The notes: generated from the letters alone by a model not told the origin. Numbered from the stretch's first letter, positions 27,501-42,300 are shown. The stretch is DNA of 64,000 bases from Marsupella aquatica (GCA_973895155.1 OZ316895.1:20970803-21034802); one strand, 5' to 3'. Program-made: numbers and translations.

Positions 27501-30500
27501 ACTCTTTGGATTGCATGATCATGCTGGCCGTCAGCCTGGTTTGGAAAGATAGTCAGGATGTATAGAAGTGGTGTGAAAATGAGTACCTCGATGAGGGTAA
27601 GCCCAAAGGGCTCCACCAAAGCCGGGTTGATGAATACCCCCTGATTAGTACAAACCACAGGCAGTAAAATGTTATCATGCTGGCAGACTAATCATAGTGA
27701 GACGTCCAGATTTCCGGTTGGCTGTTGGAAATCTCAATCCAATAAACTGACTTGAGAATCACAGATAAGTACAAGACTCGACCGGAGTATCTTTACTAGA
27801 CTGAGGAAGAAAATATGCTCATGTGCGGTGCTGAGAGGAGTCTCAGGTCTCCTGGCAGCGAATTCAGATATTTAACAGTTCAACATTTGAATCCTTTCGG
27901 ACCTTGGTCTTCGCTGCAAGACGGTAAATTTCTGGCACGTCGGACTGCGTATGATGTTTGGGATATGCCACTTGTCCATACAAATCGTACTTGTCAATAA
28001 GCTTCAAGACATGCAGAAGAACGTTGGCGTTGCCTCCCGACATGCTGTCGATGTCATCGCGATTCCCCATGATCAGAGTCTACATCCAATCACAAATCAG
28101 GATGAGTTGATGGAAGTCCGACCCGCGAGACAACGTCATCGATTGATAGCAGCACTGTACATTTGTCGATGTGCAAGAAGAAAAACTAAATTTGCTCTTT
28201 CACAACTGGCAAATCCTCATGACAGATTACAGAGTGCCGAGCTGTTAATGACCCTACCAGATTTGCTAGCTCGCGCAATGGACGACACTCTCCGAAAGCG
28301 ACGAGCAATTTGGAGATGTTTTTCTTCGGATCCGGACGGGCTAATGCCAAAATCATGGGCTTGTGGGGGTTGTTCAAGAACCGCGTTATCTGCTCGACAA
28401 AAGTTGGGACTGTTAGCAAATTACCCGATGGAATCTCAATATCTACAAATTCTGAGGAATGGAAGATAATGGAAATCATTGAGAATGGTTCGCAAGAGAT
28501 CTTGGATAGATATTATTCATTCGAGGATTCGGAAGCTCCATGGGGAATTGAATACCTCTCCCCATATCTGGGGTTCTGCTCTTGGAGACGCTGGCGGGAC
28601 GAGTGTTGCATCTGCATTGGTGATAGCTAGAGAGTCGACATCGTCAACTAAATCGCTTGTGTCCTGCACTATGACATTGCTGAAGTCCATCCCAGGTGGT
28701 ATAACCTGCATTTAATCGTGAAATGGGTCATATTCGCGGAGGTGGGCACATATCAATCAGGCAATGGCTTCAGTTGACTTGTGATTGAGATCACTGAGGT
28801 ATGGACAGTGGAGACCTTTCCTCTCGGGAGGAATTGGCGAAAAGGGAAAGGGCTTCGTAGTTCAATACTAGTCTATCGTCAACATAGAATTGGAAGCCAC
28901 CTACGTCTAAGTGGGCATTCATTAGGCAATGACGAAAACAATGTTGCGATAGAATAGGGCTTGTCTCACTAACAACCTGCTAAAATCGCTCTCCTTCTTG
29001 CTAGGTCTCCATGTCTCTTAGCTAAATTTCAGTTCAATTCAAATCAATTTAATTTCGAGTAGTAAAAGTCAATTCATTTCAATTGAGTTGTTTCCATTGA
29101 AACTTCTTACGAACAATTCCATGAAACGGGAATTATGACCAAATTGGGGAATCCGCGGGTTCTAATATTTAAGTTCATACAACTCTGTGACCTCTTTTTC
29201 TAATTCAACTCAATCTTGTTCCACTAAAATGAATTAAATTCAACAGGATTCACTTCCAACACAATTTCTTTCTATCTGAAGCTTTCTGACGATGCACAGC
29301 TGAAAAGCGATGGCGAAAACTATCCAGCGGCATGAAAAAGCTAAAACTGACAAGAGAGAGATTCGTGGGCAAGTAGTTATAGTACGTACAACCATGCGAG
29401 GCATATAGCGGCCATGATTGCTGATCTTACGACGCGCCCGTCCCCTTAGAGCCCTCTCAGTTTTCACATTGAATCCGTCATAGAGACCCCACTGTTCTTC
29501 GATTTCCTGCCTTGTACTAGTTATCACGAGCTCCGCAGCGTCCAATGACAGCTCCTCGGCCTCGATCCGGCGCATGATTCTATAGTTGCGATTTATGTTG
29601 TCCCTCGACTCTCTCCCTTTGAGAAGCTGCTCGAGCTTATTGCGACCGAGTGAGTGACCCGTCAGGACCATGGGAACATCCAGAGCGCCGGACAGGAGGG
29701 CCGCGCTGTCTCCGGCATCGGCATAATGACCGTGAATCACATGAGGCCACACCAGCTCCCCTCCAGCTATCTGCTCCCCCAGAACTTTGGCCATATTTAA
29801 GACATGGGACAGCGACCCGTCCACAAACTCTTGGATATAAGGCCAGAGTAGCTCCTTGCGGATGTATTGATCTCTCGGGCCAAAGGGGATGCGAACAATG
29901 TACGCTCCACTGCTCTCTCCGCACTCTCCATCTTCATCATAAGAGCTTGCCGCGAGCATTTCCGTGGGCTCCGCGTAACTCCAGTCCACCTTCGGATCGC
30001 AAATTTGTCGTGTAAACAAGTCTACGCGATACACTTCGGGCATCAACGCTAGTGCCTTGGCGAGCTCCACGACGTACTTCACCTATGGATTTACATTTAA
30101 TACACAAACAGCAGTTGTAGTAAGAATTCCACGATCTCAAAAATAAAACGTGGCAAGACTTGAAGTGCTTACGTCACAAATTGAGCTTCACAATTCTAAT
30201 ATAAAGTCTTTGAATGTACAAATTTAAGAACTCTTTAACACATATCATTCGAGATATCATTGGGGGACGGTTCATATTGATAGAATGTCATGATGGTAAA
30301 AATCAATATTACAAAGAAACTCCCGTTGCCTAGGCCTGGGAAATGGGAAGGAGACGAGAACACTGCATTCGTTATGACCAGATGAGATGAGATATAAGAA
30401 TTTATTTGGCGTATTGCATTCTCGACCGCTTTATTCTTAGTCCGTAATCAAATAACCTTCAAAGATCAAACGGAGAAATGATGGAGAGGGAAGCCGGATG

Positions 30501-33017
30501 AGTGCAGGAAGCAGAGACACTGGTGCTTTGCACTGACCTGTCCGCCTGTGTCCGAATCGCGACCCAGCTCCATGTTGTCACCTCGAACCAAGCCATGCAA
30601 GCTGCATCAGAGGATATCCGACACATTATCAGTATAAAGTTCGACACTCCATAGAAAGAGGCCATGTAGGCAGTAACTTCAGACTGCTGGCTGAACCTGT
30701 GGGAAAGCTCAGTCTTCCAAATCACAGAACTAGAGTTGGGTATCCGATTCATTGTTACGCGTAAAACTTTCTAAACGGTGGCCGAGGAACATTCTCTCAA
30801 CTGGAGGGAACACCCTCTGCCGTGCGTTCGGCCATTCATCCGTGCGAGCAAGTGTGGCGATCTCGGGTGCCACGATCAAAGTACAGCTTAATTCGTTCTG
30901 GCCCCGTCTTACAACTGTCCAACCAAAACTAGTAAAGGGATTCGAGCCCAATTTTGCTGAAAATGCATGATCGCAGTGGGATACAAAATTTCCTGATAGA
31001 ACATAGCTAAGTAAAACTTTACGTCAACAAGAATGAGCTCCGTAAACAACCCAATGCATAGTGAATAACGTCTTCAAGTAGTACAGTACAGTCATCCAAC
31101 CTATACATGAATACCCTGGACTGAAATGAATCATCTAACGAATCAGGGTATTCAAGTTGCTCAAATTGTTCGAGAAGAAAACAACATCCAATTTGATTCT
31201 TTCTTAATAATTCAGGACCACTGGAACAAGTATCTTTAATATATCCAAATGAGTGTCGCAACATTTCTCAATAGCTCTACGCCGAGGACTTTTCTGACCG
31301 TTCCCTCATGTCAGTGGAGTCAAATAACGTACAATGGCAGACAATCGCATCTAAGGACTGTAAAATTTATCAGAAAGTGAGTGCAGGGCCCAACTGGCAG
31401 GAAAATGTTACCTAATCAAGACCATGTACAGTTTTTTCGCTTGCTTAGCCGGGGCCGTCGTTGCCGAAGAGCTTTGTTGGGCAGGAGATTCACGACCTTC
31501 TACAATAGTCTTCAATTCAGGTGCCGCGTCACTCTTCTCCTTTTCTCCTTCTGAAAGATCTTCGCACGACATCTCGTCGGACACCTCTTTCAGCTGACTT
31601 TGCCGCTCGACGTGACGCTGGGCCATTCGTTGTGCGTCGTCCCATTCCATCTGGTGGACATTGCAAGAAATCGACCCACCGAGCTGCGTTACAAATTCGC
31701 CGTGTTGTACCTCAAGGCTCAAATTTCTAATTTCACGACCTTCTTCGCATTGAGCAGAAGAGAAGCAATAGTTCTACTGGCAGACGTGCTGAGGTCATAG
31801 TTCGTTTAAATACTCTTGTTACTGCGTATAGGTCTATGATAGATCAATACTAGCTTAGTGACTACCAGACTTCGAGATTTCGTGATTTATTGGGTTCACG
31901 TTCTTTTAAGTGTGAGTTACGTTGAAAGAAGACCGTCGGGAGAGCTCCTTCTCCTTGAGCTTGCTGTCGAGAGACGCTAAGGCACGCTGTCACAAATCAC
32001 AGTTGTTTCTTCAGAGATCTTTCAGCTAGTACAGTAATAGTGCCAGTTAACTGTTACGATATGTAGACACAGGATCTCAATGAGCACTGAGGATCACGTA
32101 GCAAAGTTCCAATCGTACAGGACGCTTTCGATTATCGTTTATTGGCTGTTGCTTTCATTATGACCATCCCGTTTCAACTCGAGTCGAACTCTAAGAGACA
32201 GCGATGGCGAGGGAAATTGCCAGCTTTAAATTGGACAGGAATACATTGATTTGTAGTTTTTAATTTTCAAGATGCCCGTAGATAGACAAGTGAGCAATAT
32301 TTTGACAACAGATTCACAAAAACCCATGTCAATTGCTAATTTTTCGACGAGAAGTGCCTACATGGATCGGCGTGCTTTCAAACAATGCGAAAGTGTCCCG
32401 AACGTGATTAAAAGCTATCGATCGGCAGAGAAGGGCAGGAAATTATGTAGAGCTTGTTGCCTGCTCGAGGGGACTGATCCTAAGCAAAGATTAGCCTCCA
32501 CTAGAACACTGGTCTGGGACTCAAAAGAGACTCCCTTAGCGACACAGAATGAACGGCAGACCTGTTTCTTCTTGCGTGCAATGTGCCATATCCTCCAGCA
32601 CAAATACTCCATTCTGCTGCCTCGTTCTTGACAGTATTTCGCGGCGGACACCTGTCCCCCAAGTAAGAGCGTTGGAAGCAAACACAAAGATGTAAACGGC
32701 GAGATCACTCGAAACCAGTGTTGAAAATTAAATGCTATGACAAAGCAACCAAATCAACGGACATTGGTCAATTTCATTCCGTGGTAGCATCCAGTTCGCT
32801 GTGAAATATTCTGTGTTGACGAAATTGTCACCTTGACCCAGGTGCGGTAAAGCTCAGCATCATCGTGTTCTGTCACTTCATTTACGAAGTACTTCGCTGC
32901 CGTTAGGTCCTCTTTGCCTGCATCGATTGCAGTCGAGTTTCGACTAATGTCATCTGTCCCAGCTCCACTATCAAGAATTGCATCCAAATACCCGCTAATC
33001 CACTCGTTCCCCGCCAT
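24509..33017 (-). CDS. SPS: Sucrose-phosphate synthase, 13 exons, ~1083 aa
   Basis: Motifs [54 protein letters not shown] and [16 protein letters not shown]. Exons: 32832-33017, 32562-32651, 31412-31650, 30538-30601, 29390-30082, 28556-28705, 28258-28389, 27903-28079, 27587-27640, 27294-27356, 26025-27020, 25110-25237, 24509-24788. They sum to 3252 nt, in frame. Confidence 0.96.
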
Positions 33018-34997
33018 GTAAGCTCGTGCACGGCCTCCTCCTTGGTCTCCTCTTTGTTGATTGCGAGTTTTTTCTTTCAGAAATGGCAACCGGCCAATAT
33101 AAAATTGATATGTTGCTGCCGTTCAAAATCTCCACAACACTGCCGCTCTTTCGACTTGGTTTGATTTCCTTTCCAGTGCCACTTCCTTTTGGCGCAGCCC
33201 GCAGGATCGAGAGTACTTTGAGCTGTTCGCCAGAAACAATGGTCAGATTTGTTTTAGTAGATTTTGAATCATCACGCATTTTCGTCATCGAAATTACAGC
33301 TAATTCGTTTCTCTAGGACCTACTAATGAAGATATCTCAAATCACATTGCAAACCGTGGAGAAGTTTCGCCCGACAGCGAACAATGTGCCTTTAGCTCAC
33401 AAAAATGCGATGTTAATCAGCGACAAACAGATGGCATCATACGAAGAGGAAGGTCTTAAAATTGAGGTTAAACAAGCTGCCAGACGAAAAAAAAACCCCG
33501 TAATCGACCGCAACAGTCTGTCCGCTCGATTTCACGAGGGACACGAATCTACTACAATGCGAACATCTGCCCCTTGTGCTGCAACGTTGCAACAACGAAA
33601 AACTTGGAAGATTACTTTTACAATTCCGAAGCCTCGCCTAAATCTTTTGAAACCATGGAAAAGGTCAGACCGACGTTCCCATTTAGCATCTTCTCTTCTC
33701 CAAACGCACAGAACAAAGGATTGGAGGATCCTGCTCTATCTCCTATCGAGTCGTTCAGTCGTTCAGGCAATTCCGAACCCCGCCTTAAACATCTTGATAG
33801 AAAATCGAAAAGATCCGCGTGCACTTCCCGTTCCTCCCTCACGGAAAGTATAAAAAGAATGACCAATCTAAATTGAGTTCGTGTGCCTCATTTCATTAAT
33901 CTCTCTGTCCGTCGTCAAGGGCAAAGCAGCAAAGCTCAAGTATCGCTGATTGTTTTAGCAACTCCGTCACCCCGCCGAGAATAGAAACTAAACATCGCCA
34001 AGTACACAAAAAGGATCCGAAAGTCATTCCTCTCCCTCTGTTTTATCACTTCCCAGAGAACAACCAGAGACGAAAACAAAATCGAGTTCCTTCCTGCGCT
34101 CTCTCTCCATCTTTCCATCTCCGTTTCCCTCTCTCAAAATATGTACGTTCAAATCATACATACCACAGATAAAACGTACCCGCTGCACTCAATAGCCGAA
34201 TTCTGCCAGCGGCAGGCAGCACTGTACTGTAATTATCTCACGACGATCTTTTTGCTCGCTCGCTCGCCCGAAACGCGATGTTGAGCAGCAGCGCAAGTAA
34301 TGCCATGCCTGCCTCCTTCGTCCCATTGGAATTGAGGACCGAGTATCTTTCGTCGTGAGGATTTCTTAGCGTTGAAGTTGGAAAGAATTTGGAGAAAATT
34401 CCTTGCTCGCGCGGGAGAGCTTGTTTGCAACCGAGGAGGAATGACCACTGGCAGAAGCAGCAGCAAACGAATGCCCTGTCTGCCTCGTTCCTCCCGATGG
34501 AAATTGAGACCTCCTGTGTCTGTCTTCGCAAGCACTCCGTAGCGATTACTCTGAAATTTGATTGGTCGACTAACTGACTGATTCATCGACTAGACTGCTC
34601 TGCTCTGTCTAATGTCACGTCAATCTACTTTAGCATATCGTAATTGCCACATACAGAGCAAGGATGATAGAAACGACGACTATAACGACGATGATGATGA
34701 AGAGCAGCAGCACAATGGATGTCCTGGCTTCCTCCTCCGATGGAACGACGGCCTTAAACGTCTGCCTGCCGTTGCAATGAAAGTTGTAGGACTCCGAGGA
34801 TTGATATTATTGATTGACTGAGTGAGTAATTGACTGAGCCTGTCTGTAACGTCATGACCATCTTCTTGCTTGCTTGCTCGCTCGGCAGAGCCGGAACAAG
34901 AGGGCGTGTTCGCTACCGATGAGGGATGAAGAGCAGAAGCTGAAGCAGCAGCAGCACAATGTAAGCCTCGTGTCCGTCCGAAGAGGTTGCCGCGGTG

Positions 34998-36036
34998 ACC
35001 AAGTTTGAACGCATTGGGAGGGCTGAAGGGATCTTTAGTTGATTGATTTTGACTGATTTTCGCCCCTCGCTCGACTCCACTGCACCGTTGTGGTTGCTGA
35101 CCAAGTTTGAACGCATTGGGAGGGCTGGAGCGATCTTCAGTGGATTGATTTGACTGGTTTTCGCCCCTCGCTCGGCTCCACTGCACCGTCGTGGTTGCTG
35201 ACCAAATTTGAAAGCATTGAGAGGGCTGGAGCGATCTTTAATGGATTGATTTGACTGATTTTTGCCCTTCGCTCGACTCCACTGCACCGTCGTGGTTGCT
35301 GACCAAATTTGAAAGCATTGAGAGGGCTGGAGCGATCTTTAATGGATTGATTTGACTGATTTTCGCCCTTGGCTCGACTCCACTGCACCGTTGTGGTTGC
35401 TGACCAAGCTCGAACGCATTGAGAGTGCTGGAGCGATCTTTAGTGGATTGATTTTGACTGATTTTCGCCCCTGCTCGACTCCACACCAAGTTTGAACGCA
35501 TTGAGAGGGCTGGAGCGATCTTTAATGGATTGATTGGACTGATTTTCGCCCTTCGCTCGACTCCACTGCACCGTTGTGGTTGCTGACCAAGTTCGAACGC
35601 ATTGAGAGTGCTGGAGCGATATTTAGTGGATTGATTTTGACTGATTTTCGCCCCTCGCTCGACTCCACACCAAGTTTGAACGCATTGAGAGGGCTGGAGC
35701 GATCTTTAATGGATTGATTGGACTGATTTTCGCCCTTCGCTCGACTCCACTGCACCGTTGTGGTTGCTGACCAAGTTCGAACGCATTGAGAGTGCTGGAG
35801 CGATATTTAGTGGATTGATTTTGACTGATTTTCGCCCCTCGCTCGACTCCACACCAAGTTTGAACGCATTGAGAGGGCTGGAGCGATCTTTAGTGGATTG
35901 ATTTTGACTGATTTTCGCCCCTCGCTCGACTCCACACCAAGTTTGAACGCATTGAGAGGGCAGGAGCGACCTTCAGTGGATTGATTTTAACTGATTTTCG
36001 CCCCTCGCTCGACTCCACTGCACCGTTGTGGTTGCT
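34998..36036. repeat. Minisatellite of ~101-bp and ~83-bp variant units, 11 copies
   Basis: accaa(g/a)tttgaa...ctcgactccac units start at 34998, 35100, 35201, 35302, 35403, 35485, 35586, 35669, 35770, 35853 and 35936. Confidence 0.93.
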
Positions 36037-36274
36037 GTTGTGGTGCGCACGAAGGCGCTGGAACGGACGCGACGGGACTGGAAGTGATCGACTTGCGTAC
36101 GAAGGAATCGAATAATGAGAGACGAGACGAGACGAGACAGGACACGAAGGACGGGAGAGAAATCCCTATTGAAAAGACGAGGCGAAACAGGACATGAAGG
36201 GCGGGACGGGATGGGATGGGAACAGCGGTGCTACTAAGGGCTAGGTTCCATGGGCCAGGAATACAATCACTCCC

Positions 36275-36630
36275 TGTGACACCCCCTGGGAGCCCAAATA
36301 CACCATATTCCATGCTGCATAGAGTATTTTAAGTGTATGAGTCTTGACTTGAGAGGCAATGAGAATGCCCTTCACTGTGTGTGATACCCCCTGGGGCCCA
36401 AATACACCATATTCTAAGGTGTACAGAGTATTTTAAATGTATGAGTCTTGACTTGAGAGCCAATGTGAATGACTTACACTCTGTGACAACCCCTTGGGCC
36501 CAAATACACCATATTCCAAGGTGTACAGAGTATTTTTAATGAATAAGTCTGGACTTGAGAGCCAATGAGGATGCCCTGCAATGTGTGACACCCCCAGGCC
36601 CAAATACAATATTCCAAGGTGTAGAGAGTA
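36275..36630. repeat. Degenerate ~100-107-bp tandem repeat, ~3.5 copies
   Basis: gtgacacccc..gcccaaatacaccatattccaaggtgtacagagtatttt recurs four times. Confidence 0.85.
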
Positions 36631-37639
36631 TAGGGGTTTCACTTACACAAAAATGGCTCGTCATTTGCGATAAAATATAAGATTATTTTATTGGGATTGA
36701 ATAAATACTTTAGAATTTTCTCAGAAGAACAATAGGGTACTTTAAATCTAATTTTGAGACTTCAGCACTACGTAAATTTGAGACAAGCTAGCTACATTAA
36801 AAAACAAAAATATAAAGGGGGTTTTCATGCCTGCAAGCCAGTGGCACAGTCCGATCAAAGCCTGTTTCCTCTTTTATTGCTTTTCTTTTTCCCCGCGTGA
36901 GGGGGCAGGGGACCCAGAAAGGGCATCAAAATAAAGGAGAACCCCAACAAGGGCAACAGAGCAAACACCCCAGGAACAACAGCCAAAAAGGAGCAAAGTG
37001 CAATGGTCACTACCCAGTGGGAGCAAGAGAGTGAGAACAAAACAAACTGCAAGACATCCTAAAGCCCATAAAACAGGGCACTACCGGGGGCACTACCTCA
37101 AAAAACCATAGTACAAACTGGTAAATAGCTAGACTGTTTCCTCTTATAAAGCTCCCTCTTTACCAAAAGTGCACAGGCATAGGCTTAGGATTTGGGCAGC
37201 TCCAAGTGAGACCAAGATGATTCTGAGGGAACCTTTCCCATCTCTTTAAAATCAACTTTTCCCTCTATCCATTTGAGACTGCAACATGTCCAAAAACATT
37301 AATAGCTTTTAACTAACCTGTCCCCCAAACTACCCAATATTGCTAACATGCACCCCAAATTAAAATAATTGTCAACCCACCCCAATGACAATGGAGACCC
37401 AGTCACAAGACTAACCCGTAGACAAAATGGGGGCCGGATTGATAATTGATTTTGTTTTGGGGGGGCACATTAAGAATATTGGGTAGTTTTGGGGACAGGC
37501 TAGTACAAAGATTATGAACTTGTCCCATTCCTCATTCCAGAGTGCAACATGTGGGAAGTAACTTTTTCCATTTCCCATATCGAGATTGAAACATCTTTCC
37601 CACGTATATCAAGATCTGGGAAATTTATGGGTCTGAACC

Positions 37640-37925
37640 GACTGGCTTCGGTAAGTTGGCCAGGGGATGAGCCTGGAACCTCCTAGGTTCAATATGTGTG
37701 GGTGGGGTGTATGGTGGGAGTCATGGTTTCTCCTCAGGCCCTGGTCTGCTTTGGGGCCCTGGTTCAACTCTCTGGTCTGGGTCCTGTCTGATCCCTGGGC
37801 ATTGTCCCCAAGCCCCTTGTGGTTGATCCTTGGGTATTGTCCACTTGTGGCTACGCTACATAAAATTGCATGCTCCAAAGCATAAAGTCTATACTTTGTT
37901 ATGTTGGATGGGTATACTTTGGGGT
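37640..37925 (+). mobile_element. Putative tRNA-derived SINE-like dispersed repeat (copy 2)
   Basis: Head with ggttcaat near 37686, a gt-rich linker, then a body homologous to 22320-22460. Confidence 0.45.
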
Positions 37926-39350
37926 TGTGGTAACTGCACATCAAAATATGACATATACGGTGTACATGCACATCAAAGTGACATATACAGTGTATGATAT
38001 CCCTCCATACCATCATAAACTTTGTTAGTTTCTTTAAATTGTGGTCATGCACATCAAAATATGACATATATTGTGTAAGATATCCCTCCATCTTACTTAT
38101 AAAGCGTCAACTATGAGGTAGAGTTGTGGCCTAGGCTTCTAGAGTGAAGACTCTAAGTCGTAACTCCATGGCTCATCATGTGGATGGGAAAATTCATGAC
38201 TATGATGTATGTCAAATGATAATCATGAATGTTTTTTGTCATGATTTTTACTTGCATTAAAAAATGTGTTCTATGCCCACACCATAACATACTTGCATAG
38301 AAAGAGAGATGTGCATAGAAAAGAGTATGGCATGTTATGAATGATTATTAAAATGATGACATGCATGATGATTTTTTTTATTATTCAAAGAATGTAAGTA
38401 AGATATACATTTTTGGTGATATTTTTATTGTACTCCCCTCTATTCACTTTCAAAGAACTTGTCAGAAACCTTGTCATTTTCTTTAAATCCATACACACCC
38501 TATATTACCACATTTTGATGTGTGATTACCGGCAGTGTATACTTTGTTATGTTGGTTTGTTATGTTGGACAAGCACCATGCCTATGCTTTGCACAATTGT
38601 ACAATTGGGTGAGTGAGAAAGTGAGGGCCTGGCAGGAGTAGTGGGCACTGGTCAGGTTGTGTACCGGCTCCACTCTTGGGCACTGGGCAGCATGGTGTAC
38701 GCCAATTATGAGGGAGGGAGTCGTGGGCAGTCGGGCTTACCCTTGCCTCAAGCCCAACATGAGGATGGGCTACTCCTGCCTCACCCCTTTTTGCATTGAA
38801 CTGTGAGAGAAAAAGTGCAAAAGAGTCCAACGGTTGCTGATCATTTCTGCCCAGAACTGTTTACAAGCTGCTGATCCTTTCGGCCCAGAACTGTTTTTTA
38901 AGGGACTATGGACAAAATTTGGCTGGATTGGGTATTATAATTGACAACTTAGGGACTAAATTTGGAGGGATTGGGTATCACAGTTGTAGATGGGTCTGCT
39001 TTGGGCTTTCAAGGCAAACATATAAATGTGGGTCTGACGTATGAGGATGAGGTAATGTAAAGAGGATGAGGTAATGTAAAGAGGATGAAGTGGAAAGCAA
39101 CGGATTCCATGTGCAGGAAGCCGCTGCAGCAATTGTTCTACAACACGAGTTCATCCACCTCTCGTGTATGGATCGATCCAACAAATGCTGTGGTCAATTT
39201 TGCACCCAGTTCCTGAGTTGCAAGTGAACGACTAGAGTGTTGCTGAATTCAGATTCTTGGAGCTCAAAGGGAAGAAGAAGTGATTCAATCTCTTCTGTCT
39301 TTCTTCCAAACACCAGACAGAGGAGCGAGGGAGCAACGAGGCAACGAAGA

Positions 39351-42300
39351 ATGAGTGGACTTGAATCAGAAGCGGGTGTCTTGGAGCGCCAAGTTTACTG
39401 CATTGGCACTCTGGACACCAAGGACGCTGATCTCCACTTTGTGGCACAATCACTTTCATCCGCTCTCTTGCAATTTTTGTCACCTCCGCAGGAAGTACGC
39501 ATTTACATACTTATCTATATAGTGAACACATCTGATAACAACCACTTTGTGAACAGCTGGATGCTGAAGCCTTACATTGCTCCCTCTGCTGTCCCATTTC
39601 TTCATCTCTCAGCTTATAGTTTGTCAAAGCATGCAGTTGATCATGTTAGAGGAGCTTTGATCATGGTGATGTCTTTCATAATGTTCTTAAGAGCAATCTC
39701 TGCTGTTGTCTTGATCCTAGTCTTGGCAATGGTTTTTAATTCTCCATGAATGTGGAAGCACAATGGGACTTCCTAGACAAATGTCACTTAAAAGTAACAG
39801 AATTGACCAGAGTTTTCACAAGTTTGGATGGATGGATGAATGGAGTACATAGAGCTCGTTTTTCGCCAGCTTGACAGTAATCTTATCGGTGCAGATTGAA
39901 GTCGTCCTCGTCGATATCTCCACAAAGCATCCAAGCGAAGGCGACGGGGGAGTCGACTGCAACGTCGGGAGAGAAGATGTGTTAGTGCACCATCCGGATC
40001 CCTCAAAAAGATCATTAGAAGGTTTTCCAAAGGACAGAGCAGAATGTGTTTCGATAATGAGCGTCGCTCTTACGCACTTCCTGAAGGATCGTGCGCAAAA
40101 AGGTTCATTAGTGGGAGCAATCGGCGTAGGGGGAAGCGGAGGAACGAGTTTGATTGCACCTGCGCTCAGAGCTCTTCCGTTGGGAATTCCAAAGGCATTG
40201 GTTTCTACTGTAGCCAGTGGGAATACTGCTCCGTATGTCGGAACGTCAGACCTCATATTATTTCCTTCAGTCGTTGACGTTGCTGGTCTGAACAGTATAA
40301 GTCGAAAAATTCTTCGAAATGCTGCTGCTGCTGTTGCGGGAATGGTGGCTAACATGGTGGGCAACGATGTGGGAAAAAAAGACGATGCTGAAGACAAGGT
40401 CTCTGTGGGACTGACAATGTTTGGCGTCACAACACCCTGCGTTACTGCTGTGCAAAAGCAATTGAGGGAACGTGGTTTCGAGACCATAGTGTTTCACGCA
40501 ACTGGTAAAGGTGAGGCTAATGCAATTGAGATTTTGTGGCCTTAGGTGATCGTCTTCGAGGAACAATATATTGCAACCTGTAAGTCACTGAGCTGGTTCT
40601 TAGACTATTCTAAAGTAAGGTACCAGAGAAATGTACCCACGTTTGACCTTGTGAACGTTTACGAAGCTGATAGTGCACCGCGTAGTACTGATACCTCACA
40701 GTTGCGTCTGGTTTTCCGGAAAATTTCAATTCTTACAGCAGTTTTCAAAAGCCTTTTCTGATTCGACGTCTCATAACCTCGAAAATAGCTTATATTTCTT
40801 TGTATTAAACTGACCTACAGAGGTCTGTCACTCTACATGACACCTCTTCATTTCATAAGTCATCCATCTAATTGGACCCTTTTTCGATTGGGTTTACAGG
40901 AGGGGAGGCTATGGAAGAATTGGTGCGACAAGGCTTCATTCAGGTTTGTTACACTCCTTCCTGCAAAAACCATTTGTTGGAACAGGAGACACGTATTAAT
41001 ATAACCAACGTAGTTGTATACTGTGATCCACGGAAGGGAATTTTTCAGATAGTTTCTTTCATTGCCATTATGTAAGAGGAATGTCAATTGACGATTCTAG
41101 GGTGGATAACGTTAGGCCTGTCTACTTGACCAGCGAGAATTTTGTTAGCTGGCTTGTCAGCAATTGCACTGTTAGGTGCTATGTCAAGCGGATTGAGCTT
41201 TTGAGGTATAGGACCTCAACCTGCCAAGTAGGTGCTCTCCTGCACCCCCACACAGGTGAAATGTTGCCATCACGCTTTAATGAAGGAACCATTCTTGTAA
41301 TGGCAGGGGGTGATTGACGTCACAACAACAGAGGTAGCTGACTACTTGGTTGGGGGCACAATGGCCTGCAGTGGCACTCGGTTTGAAGAGATGATGAATA
41401 GCCAGATCCCCCTCGTTTTGAGTTTAGGTGCACTGGACATGGTTAACTTTGGAAGCCTCGACTCGGTACCTCCTCAATTCGCCACTCGAGATCTTTATGT
41501 TCATAATGAACAGGTAAAGTCTCAAATACGTCAGTTCTTTAATCTGTTAAGGTAGAACTCCGCACGTGGATAACTCTTGGAAGCTTCTTCCATCGTTTAC
41601 TTGCCTTTGTACTGCACTGATGCTTGTAGCAGAACTTGGGGTTCCAAATTCCTGCCATTCAGTGTTGCATCATGCTACTCAGTCTTGCATGACTCCATTT
41701 TGAACGGGATTATAAGATGAATGTGGAGGCAAGTACATAGACGCTGTGTCTATATGCCGGGACTCATATCTTCTCCAATTTGGCAATGAGTTAACAGTTG
41801 GAGGTAGTATGTTTTTGCAACTCAAATACTATGACCTTTATTTTAAAAATATCTCTTGTTTCCAGGTAACACTAATGAGGACAACAGTAAAAGAAAACCG
41901 CCAATTTGCGCAGTTCATTGGTCAGCAGCTTAACAAGTCGTCAGCTCCTGTACGTCTATTACTACCAGAGAAAGGGCTCTCTGCATTAGATGCCCCAGGA
42001 ATGCCATTTCATAATCCAGAAGCCACCCGAGCACTTCTTGAAGAACTCGAACAAACTGTTGTACAAGCCACAGAACGTCAAGTAAGTCTTCCTTTCCATC
42101 CTATTCGATTAGTGCGTCTGTTCCAGTGACTCTCTACTGACTATTTAGTGAACTCACCTGTCGGACAGTGATCTTCGTCGCATACAGTCCTTTGCAGTAC
42201 CTACAACTGCTGCTTGTAGATACTGTTGGAAGATTTAACTTCATTTCAATAGATATCATGTAGTTTTATGTCAAAATCTTCTTTCCTTACTCGGCGAGGC

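Noticed and set aside
34680-35755. Repetitive ORFs (MQWSRAKG...)
   Set aside because: Products of the minisatellite.
39816-40487. 223-aa antisense ORF
   Set aside because: Shadow of Tm-1-like exon 2 on the opposite strand.
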